From assembly GCA_046292385.1 (NCBI GenBank), contig JBKBRF010000054.1, positions 1-41,797 of the forward strand: a stretch of 41,797 nucleotides of DNA, given 5' to 3'. Within the stretch, counting starts at the first letter, position 1, and each line of letters starts with the position of its first letter. Below, one piece after another: positions 35,512-41,797 of the stretch. Position numbers and translations under genes: made by a program. The notes under the pieces are model-generated. The model was not told the origin of the DNA. It did not search any database and saw only the letters and a program-made list of their open reading frames with translations. This stretch comes from Armatimonadota bacterium. GTDB taxonomy: Bacteria > Armatimonadota > SYMT01.

Positions 35512-38500
35512 TTACGGCTGCTCCGGAGCGCTGAAGACTCGCTCGAAGACGCTCCGGACGGCGGCGGTGTGGGTCCGGTAGCTGCGCTCCAGGGAGGCGA
35601 GATCCCCCAGCCCCACCGCGCGCGCGAGGGCGGTGCCGAGACGCTCCTCCGCGGCGCCCAGCGGGAGCGAATCGGCGCCCCCGCTCCGCTGCAGCAGGGA
35701 GAGCGAGAGGCGAGCCCGGGTGAGGAAGTGATGCGCCTCCCGCAGGCCGGCAGCCTCCCCCGGGGAGAGGTGGGCGGCAGCCTGCAGCGCTCCCAGTGCC
35801 TCCAGCGTGCCCGGAACGCGGAGGCTCGGGTCGCCGCCGCCGTGCTGAAGCTGCAGGAGCTGGATGGTGAACTCCAGGTCGGCCAGGCCGCCGGGGCTGA
35901 GCTTCAGGTGCCGGTCCCGGGCCGCCTCCGGCACCCGCTCCGTCTCCATCCGGCGCTTCATGGCCCGAATCTCGTCCCGCCATTCCGCCGGCATCTCCGG
36001 ACGATAGAGACGCGCTTCCACCAGCTCGCGGAAGTCGGCTGCGACCACCTCGCTCCCCGCCACCTGCCGCAGCCGCGTGAGCATCTGCAGCTCCCAGGTC
36101 TCCGCCCGTCCCCCCTCGCCGTAGTAGCGCCGCGCCGCCTCCAGGCTCGTCACGGTGAAGCCCTGCCGCCCCTCCGGGCGCAGGCGCAGGTCGAGCTCGA
36201 AGAGCGGACCTTCCTCCGAGGGCGCCTGCAGCACCTCCCCGAGCTGCTGGGCCAGCCGCTCGTACTCCGACTGGCCCAGCTCGTCCGACGCCCGGTAGAC
36301 GTAGACCAGGTCGAGGTCCGAGGCGAAGTGCAGGTCTCGGCCACCGAAGCGGCCGAGCCCGAAGATGGCGAAGTCGCCCGCGTCCTCGCGCGGCCACCGC
36401 CCCTCCTGCCGCAGGCGCGCCACCGCCGCGGCCAGCGCCGCGCGCAGCAGCGCCTCGGCGACGTCCGACCACTCCTCCGTCTCCGCCGCCACGGGCCGAG
36501 GGTCGACCGCGTGCACCGCCGCCAGGCGCACGTATTCCCGCAGCTTGAGCCGGCGCAGCGTGGAGAGCCGGCGGGGGTAAGTCTCGGCCGCCGCAAGGCG
36601 AGCCTCCGCCTCGGCCTGCACCGCCGCCCGCGACTTCCGCCGCGCGAGCAGTTCCTCGTCGGTAACGAAGTCGGCCAGCTCGGGAAAGCGGAGGACAGTC
36701 CGCATCGCCGCGGGGGCGGCGCCGGCGAAGCGGCAGAGCGCCTGCAGCGCCTCCGGGTGCTCCAGCCACGTCTGGTACTGGGCGCGGTGGAGGACCTTCC
36801 GGTCCGCCAGATCCGCGATCCCGACCAGTGCCTCCGTCGGATCGGCAGCCTCCGCGCAGGCGTCGAGCAGCGCCGGGGCGAGCTCGGCGAAGAGGCGGCG
36901 GGTGGCGGCGGGATGCGGCGCGCGCGGTCCGCCGGCAGCGAGCCGGACCAGCGCCACCAATGCCGCGTCGGGAGCGGGGAAGCCGCGGGTCTCCAGCGCC
37001 GAGCGCAGCAGCAGGGCGCTCTCCGGCGCCTCCGCCTCCAGCAGGGCGGAGCGGAAGGCGTCGACGTGCCAGCCGTCCACGCCGAGCCGCCCCTGGATCT
37101 CCAGGGCGAGCGCGCGGACCCCCTGCGCGCGGTGCTGGAACTCCCGCATAAAGGTCTCGGTATCCGGGAAGTCCATGGTCCGCGCCAGCCGGAGCCGCCC
37201 CGCGGGATCCGGAGGCAGCCGGCGCACGGGGCGGTCCTGCAGGATCTGGAGGCGGTGCTCCACCTCCCGCAGGAACCGGTAGCCCCCGGCGAAGACCCCG
37301 TGCTCTTCCGGAGAGAGCAGACCTAGCTCCCGCAGCCGCTCCAGCGCGGTGAGTGTATCCCGCACCCGCAGCTCCGGGCGCTGCTCCCCGAAGAGGAGCT
37401 GGAGGAGCTGCACCGTGAACTCTACGTCCCGGATGCTGCCGCGCCCCTCCTTCACGTGCTCGCCCAGCTCGCCCGCCGCCTCCAGCTTGCGCTCCACGGC
37501 GGCACGCATCTCCCGCACGTCCTCCAGCAGCGTCAGCGTGGGGTAGTGGCGGTAGGTGACCGGCTCGATCAGCTCCATGAAACGCCGACCCAGCTCCGGG
37601 TCGCCCGCCACCGCCCGCGCCTTGATCAGCGCCTGCCGCTCCCACGTCTCCGCCCAGCGGTCGTAGTAGGTGCGGAACGCGCCGAACGAGCGCGCCAGCG
37701 CGCCCGCCCGTCCCTCCGGCCGCAGGCGCATGTCGACCCGGAAGCACCGACCCTCCGGCGTGTCCTCCGCCAGGACCGCGATCAGTGTCTCCGCCAGCCG
37801 CGCCGCGAAGCGGCGGTGCCCCTCGTCGGCCGGGTTGGGGCTATCCATCACGAAGACGAGGTCGATGTCGCTGCTGTAGTTCAGCTCCTCCGCCCCGAGC
37901 TTGCCCATCGCGATGACGCTGAAGCGCACCTGGGCGGCGGCGGTGGGAAAGCGAGCGGCGACCTCCTCCCGCGCCGCCTCCAGCGCCGCTTCGACCAGCG
38001 CGTCGGCCAGCCCGGAGATCTCCCGGACGATCTCCTCCAGCGGCGCGCGCCGGGCGAGGTCGCGCCAGCCGATCCGCAGGAACTCGCGCCGCTTCACGCG
38101 CCGCAGCGCCTCCCGCCGGCTCTCCGGCTTGCGGAGGGGCCGGAGCGCGTGAGTGAGCGCCGCGGCGTAGTCCTCGCGGGTGCGGGGGCCGTCCGGCTCC
38201 AGCAGCAGGCTGTAGAGCCACGGATCGCGGGCGAGGATGTCGGAGAGGTACTGGGAGGAGCCAAAGAGGGCGACCAGGTCCGCCAGCAGCCGCGGGTTCT
38301 CCGCCAGGAGCCGCAGCGAAGAGGCGGGGGTGGGGAGACCGGAGAGCCAGCGCTCCAGGTTCAGGAGCGCCATCTCCGGATCCGGCGCCTCCTCCAGCGC
38401 CGCCAGCAGCAGCTCCAGCAGCGGCACCGCCTCGTGCGGCGGCCCCGCGCGCCGTCCCAGCGCCTGCAGCAGCCGCGCCGACCGCTCCGCCTCCGCCGGA

Positions 38501-38556
38501 AAGAGGCGCCGCCGCCGGTCGGCGGCTTCGGGCGAAAGGAGGGGGAGGAGGTCCAT
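35512..38556 (-). CDS. glnE: bifunctional glutamine synthetase adenylyltransferase/adenylyl-removing enzyme
   Basis: Two NTase domains: MGKLGAEELNYSSDIDL...VDMRLRPEG...WERQALIKAR and LGRFGGRDLHFASDLDL...LDLRLRPEG. Confidence 0.95.
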   Translation of the reverse strand: MDLLPLLSPEAADRRRRLFPAEAERSARLLQALGRRAGPPHEAVPLLELLLAALEEAPDPEMALLNLERWLSGLPTPASSLRLLAENPRLLADLVALFGSSQYLSDILARDPWLYSLLLEPDGPRTREDYAAALTHALRPLRKPESRREALRRVKRREFLRIGWRDLARRAPLEEIVREISGLADALVEAALEAAREEVAARFPTAAAQVRFSVIAMGKLGAEELNYSSDIDLVFVMDSPNPADEGHRRFAARLAETLIAVLAEDTPEGRCFRVDMRLRPEGRAGALARSFGAFRTYYDRWAETWERQALIKARAVAGDPELGRRFMELIEPVTYRHYPTLTLLEDVREMRAAVERKLEAAGELGEHVKEGRGSIRDVEFTVQLLQLLFGEQRPELRVRDTLTALERLRELGLLSPEEHGVFAGGYRFLREVEHRLQILQDRPVRRLPPDPAGRLRLARTMDFPDTETFMREFQHRAQGVRALALEIQGRLGVDGWHVDAFRSALLEAEAPESALLLRSALETRGFPAPDAALVALVRLAAGGPRAPHPAATRRLFAELAPALLDACAEAADPTEALVGIADLADRKVLHRAQYQTWLEHPEALQALCRFAGAAPAAMRTVLRFPELADFVTDEELLARRKSRAAVQAEAEARLAAAETYPRRLSTLRRLKLREYVRLAAVHAVDPRPVAAETEEWSDVAEALLRAALAAAVARLRQEGRWPREDAGDFAIFGLGRFGGRDLHFASDLDLVYVYRASDELGQSEYERLAQQLGEVLQAPSEEGPLFELDLRLRPEGRQGFTVTSLEAARRYYGEGGRAETWELQMLTRLRQVAGSEVVAADFRELVEARLYRPEMPAEWRDEIRAMKRRMETERVPEAARDRHLKLSPGGLADLEFTIQLLQLQHGGGDPSLRVPGTLEALGALQAAAHLSPGEAAGLREAHHFLTRARLSLSLLQRSGGADSLPLGAAEERLGTALARAVGLGDLASLERSYRTHTAAVRSVFERVFSAPEQP

Positions 38557-38560
38557 TGGA

Positions 38561-38646
38561 AGGGATGAGGGATGAAGGATGAGGGATGAATCCGAACCTC
38601 CCGGTACGGGCACTCCTACTCCTACTCGTTCTCCTACTCTTACTCG
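38561..38646. repeat. intergenic element E: AGGGATG x4 / CCGAACC..GGTACGG core / CTACTC hexamer arm (non-complementary)
   Basis: agggatg agggatg aaggatg agggatg aat CCGAACCtcccGGTACGG gc actcctactcctactcgttctcctactcttactc. Confidence 0.8.
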
Positions 38647-38768
38647 GAGGCGCCCCGGGACGATCAGGGTTTCCGGCAGGAGATCGCCGCTTCGGTGCGG
38701 TTTCTCCGGCTCTCCCTTGCGCCCACTCTCCCACTCCACCCCGTGAAGCGGAAGCCGCTTTCGGGAAG

Positions 38769-39107
38769 CTAGAGCGCGTCCTCGCCGCGCTCGCCGGTGC
38801 GGATGCGGACGGCGTCGTCGATCCGTTGGAGGAAGATCTTGCCGTCGCCTACCTCGCCGGTGCGGGCGGCCGACTGGATTGCCTGGATCGCCTCCGGCAC
38901 GCGGTCGTCCGGCACCACCACCTCTAGCCGCATCTTCGGCAGCAGGCGCACTTGGTACTCCATCCCCCGGTACCGCTCCACGTAGCCGCGCTGCCGGCCG
39001 CAGCCGCGCACTTCGGTGCTGGTCATTCCGACGAGGTCGAGATCCATCAGGGCGGCGCTCACGTCTTCGAACCGCTCGGGACGGATGATGCACTCCAGCT
39101 TCACCAT
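38769..39107 (-). CDS. glnB: nitrogen regulatory protein P-II
   Basis: IIRP, GCGRQRG, T-loop YRGMEY (Tyr51 equivalent), TGEVGDGKIF, RIRTGE; RBS AGGAGG. Confidence 0.96.
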   Translation of the reverse strand: MVKLECIIRPERFEDVSAALMDLDLVGMTSTEVRGCGRQRGYVERYRGMEYQVRLLPKMRLEVVVPDDRVPEAIQAIQSAARTGEVGDGKIFLQRIDDAVRIRTGERGEDAL

Positions 39108-39297
39108 TCGGGCGCTCCTCCTGTCTCAGGCGGTACCGATTATACGCCGTGCCCTGCAACGACGGCCGTTTGCAATGATCGGCAGGAGTGGCGGACGCCC
39201 AGCCTCGTCTTCGGACTCGAGTCGAGCCTGCAAGAGCGAAGCCCGCCTTTATGAGACCAGTGCTCACCTGGCCCTGGCCTGCCGGACGCCGTGATCA

Positions 39298-39338
39298 TTG
39301 CCAACTCACAGCATCACTGGTATTATGAGCAATACCAG
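39298..39338 (+). promoter_or_regulatory. TA operon promoter with overlapping palindromic operator
   Basis: TTGCCA-N17-TATTAT; inverted repeat CTGGTATT-N6-AATACCAG (39317-39338) covering the -10. Confidence 0.75.
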
Positions 39339-39339
39339 A

Positions 39340-39771
39340 ATGACTCCGCGTCAGATCGTTATCGACACGTGTGTTCTCGCGGCAGCGCTTCGTTCGAATC
39401 GCGGCGCCTCGTTCCGCCTCCTCACACTCGTCGGGGAATGCGCACGGTTTCAAGTCCATGTTTCCGTCCCGCTGGTCCTGGAATACGAGGACGTAGCGAA
39501 ACGCCAGAGTAGTGTGACGGGTCTGGCGGATCGCGACATTGACGACATCATCGACTATCTCTGCTCCGTGGCCCACCGTCACCCGATCTTCTTTCTTTGG
39601 AGGCCATTCTTGCGGGATCCCGGCGATGATCTGGTACTGGAGGTGGCGGTCGAGGGACGGTGTGACGCGATTATTACATTCAACATACGGGATTTCGCCG
39701 GGGCAGAACGGTTCGGCTTGCGGATACTCTCACCGAAGCAGTTCCTAGAGGAGATTGGAGAGCTTCCATGA
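39340..39771 (+). CDS. PIN-domain toxin (VapC-like)
   Basis: IVIDTCV, EYE, DPGDD..LEVA, IITFNIRDF acidic PIN residues; less GC-rich. Confidence 0.92.
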   Translation: MTPRQIVIDTCVLAAALRSNRGASFRLLTLVGECARFQVHVSVPLVLEYEDVAKRQSSVTGLADRDIDDIIDYLCSVAHRHPIFFLWRPFLRDPGDDLVLEVAVEGRCDAIITFNIRDFAGAERFGLRILSPKQFLEEIGELP

Positions 39772-40004
39772 GCACGCTCAGTTTGCGACTTCCGGAGTCG
39801 CTGCACAGGCAGGTACGAGAGCTAGCCCGTAAGGAGGGCGTGTCGATCAACCAGTTCGTGACCACCGCCCTCGCGGAGAAGCTCTCCGCGTTGTTGACAG
39901 AGGAGTACCTCGAAGCCCGCGCCGCTAGAGGCAGCCGGGAGCAGTTCGAGCGGGCGCTGTCCCGGGTTTCCGCGGGTGAGCCAGAGCCGGATGACATACT
40001 GTGA
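39768..40004 (+). CDS. ribbon-helix-helix (HicB-like) antitoxin
   Basis: LSLRLPESLH...GVSINQF RHH motif; ATGA overlap with toxin. Confidence 0.9.
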   Translation: MSTLSLRLPESLHRQVRELARKEGVSINQFVTTALAEKLSALLTEEYLEARAARGSREQFERALSRVSAGEPEPDDIL

Positions 40005-40246
40005 GACTCGGGCACGGTTGGGTGCGTAGGCCTGGACTTTCGCTGCGTCAGGCAGACGTGCTCCTCGTCACGCTCAACATCGCGGGCTCACTCGCCTGGA
40101 CGGGAGCTGTCTTGTGGGAAGCGCTCCACGGCATTCCACGGATCTGGCCGTGGGAATACGCCGTGACCGTGCTCTGTGCTGTCGTCTGGTGGGGGTGGAC
40201 CGTTCGGTCCTGGCGCCGCTTCTCCCGCGGGGAGCGGTGCGAGTGA
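40001..40246 (+). CDS. small two-TM membrane protein
   Basis: GTGA overlap with antitoxin stop; two hydrophobic segments. Confidence 0.5.
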   Translation: MRLGHGWVRRPGLSLRQADVLLVTLNIAGSLAWTGAVLWEALHGIPRIWPWEYAVTVLCAVVWWGWTVRSWRRFSRGERCE

Positions 40247-40419
40247 GGACCGACTTAACCGCCGCCTCTTCGTAGTCGGTCCGCTCGAGCGCCATGCTTC
40301 CGTCCGTTCCGCCAGCGCCGCAGCTACAACCCCAGGTGAAGACGGTAAGACTCCGATAGATCGGCCGGAGTGGTCCTTCATCATGGGACAGCTCTTCGGC
40401 CTGCCAGGAGTGGAGCAGT

Positions 40420-41430
40420 ATGCCGGAGCCGCGAGTCGTACCGTTTTCGATCCTCGACCTCTCCCCCGTCGTCGCGGGGAGCACGCCCGCGGAGGCGCTG
40501 CGCAACTCGCTGGAGCTGGCGCAGCACGCGGAGCGGTGGGGTTACCAGCGCTACTGGGTGGCGGAGCACCACAATATGCCCGGGATCGCCAGCTCGGCGA
40601 CGGCGGTGCTGATCGGCTACCTGGCGGGCGGGACCTCCCGGATCCGGGTCGGCGCGGGCGGGGTGATGCTGCCGAACCACTCGCCGCTGGTGGTGGCGGA
40701 GCAGTTCGGCACGCTGGAGACGCTCTACCCCGGGCGCATCGACCTTGGCCTCGGCCGTGCGCCGGGCACGGACCTGTTCACCATGCGGGCGCTGCGGCGG
40801 GAGCGGCTGATGGCGGCGGAGCAGTTCCCGCAGGACGTGCTGGAGCTGCAGCAGTACTTCCGCCCCGCAACGCCGGACCAGAAGGTACGCGCGGTGCCCG
40901 GCGAAGGACTCCGCGTGCCGATCTGGCTGCTGGGCTCGAGCGACTTCAGCGCGCGCTTTGCCGCCTCGCTGGGGCTGCCGTTCGCCTTCGCCTCGCACTT
41001 CGCGCCCGACTATCTCTACGCGGCGATGGAGCTCTACCGCGGCAGCTTCCAGCCATCGGAGCAGCTCGACCGGCCGCACGTGATGGTCGGGGTCAACGTC
41101 GTGGCCGCGGACACGGACCAGGAAGCCGAGCGGCTCTTCACGTCGCTGCAGCAGCAGTTCGCAGCGCTTCGCCGCGGCGCACCGGGGAAGCTTCCGCCGC
41201 CGGTGGAGAGCATGGAGGGCCGCTGGACCGACGCCGAGCGGGCCGGCGTGGAGCGGGCGCTGCGCTGCTCCGTGGTCGGCTCCCGGGAGACGGTGCGCCG
41301 GAAGCTGGCGGCGTTCCTGGCCGATACCGGCGCGGACGAGCTGATGGTCGCCGCACACCTGTACGACCATGCCGCGCGCCTTCGCTCCTACGAGATCCTG
41401 GCGGAAGTCCGCGACTCGCTGGCGGCGTAG
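40420..41430 (+). CDS. LLM-class flavin-dependent oxidoreductase (YhbW-like)
   Basis: [43 protein letters not shown]. Confidence 0.95.
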   Translation: MPEPRVVPFSILDLSPVVAGSTPAEALRNSLELAQHAERWGYQRYWVAEHHNMPGIASSATAVLIGYLAGGTSRIRVGAGGVMLPNHSPLVVAEQFGTLETLYPGRIDLGLGRAPGTDLFTMRALRRERLMAAEQFPQDVLELQQYFRPATPDQKVRAVPGEGLRVPIWLLGSSDFSARFAASLGLPFAFASHFAPDYLYAAMELYRGSFQPSEQLDRPHVMVGVNVVAADTDQEAERLFTSLQQQFAALRRGAPGKLPPPVESMEGRWTDAERAGVERALRCSVVGSRETVRRKLAAFLADTGADELMVAAHLYDHAARLRSYEILAEVRDSLAA

Positions 41431-41456
41431 TGGTGTGTCCCGCTACTTCTTTCGGG

Positions 41457-41675
41457 ACTGAGTGGGAGCAAGGGAGAGGGGGTTCTAAAGGCTAAAGGCA
41501 GAAGGCTAAAGGCTAAAGCCGAACCCTCCGCACACGGGAGATCCTGTTCGTGCTCCTGCTCTTGCTCCTGCTCGCTGGCGACCGGGTGTTTCCGGCACGT
41601 CCCCGAGAGCTCGCTCCAGGCACGCTGATTGGGATGAAGGCGGCTCATCCGGAACTGAGTGGGAGCAAGGGAGAG
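41457..41675. repeat. 22-bp direct repeat (41457-41478 and 41654-41675) enclosing element F
   Basis: actgagtgggagcaagggagag is present twice. Confidence 0.8.
41485..41576. repeat. intergenic element F: CTAAAGG-type arm / CCGAACC..ACGG core / TGCTCC hexamer arm
   Basis: ctaaagg ctaaagg cagaagg ctaaagg ctaaag CCGAACCctccgcacACGG gaga tcctgttcgtgctcctgctcttgctcctgctc. Confidence 0.8.
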
Positions 41676-41779
41676 TGGAGCTACCATCAGAAGGTGTGTA
41701 AACGGTGAAGGCGGTGAACCTTCCTTCTAGAGACTAGAAGCAGCCGAGGGCCAACTCGGCAAAGGAAGGAAACACCGCC

Positions 41780-41797
41780 ATGAAAGAGATTACCGCG
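41780..41797 (+). CDS. start of a CDS running off the window (MKEITA...)
   Basis: RBS AAGGAAGGA, then ATG at 41780. Confidence 0.55.

Noticed and set aside
38557..39267. 237-aa N-terminal extension of GlnE, or a GlnB-GlnE fusion
   Set aside because: The extension overlaps glnB out of frame and runs through repeat DNA; open frames are expected at this GC content; GlnE-like sequence starts near 38556
40074..40505. Minus-strand ORFs between the TA module and the LLM gene
   Set aside because: They overlap supported genes and show no motif or convincing RBS

Overview
High-GC bacterial chromosomal segment with about 40 CDSs. The ARC proteasome ATPase together with diderm-type envelope proteins suggests an Armatimonadota-like lineage; this is inference only. 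Content is mostly housekeeping or metabolic: arc, an ECF sigma/anti-sigma pair, pncA/pncB, yebC, rnz, glnB-glnE, CLC-MarR, MscS, a MacA-like adaptor plus ABC ATPase, a hybrid histidine kinase, a PIN/HicB-type toxin-antitoxin pair and an LLM oxidoreductase. I found no rRNA, tRNA, CRISPR array, integrase or transposase. Two signals stand out. (1) A probable selenoprotein missed by the ORF track: an outer-membrane beta-barrel gene (2663->1575) with a strong RBS, a signal peptide, an in-frame TGA at mature position +3 (AHA|QG-U-ILAR) and a bacterial SECIS-like hairpin just downstream. (2) A family of at least six intergenic elements in which 6-8-nt tandem-repeat arms flank a conserved CCGA(ACC)...(GGT)nCGG core. 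Some copies have complementary arms and others have swapped arms, which suggests recombination sites. Other leads are an ARC lacking the C-terminal GQYL/HbYX motif near a beta-helix protein ending in GGYL, a CLC with altered selectivity residues, and several clean operator palindromes.
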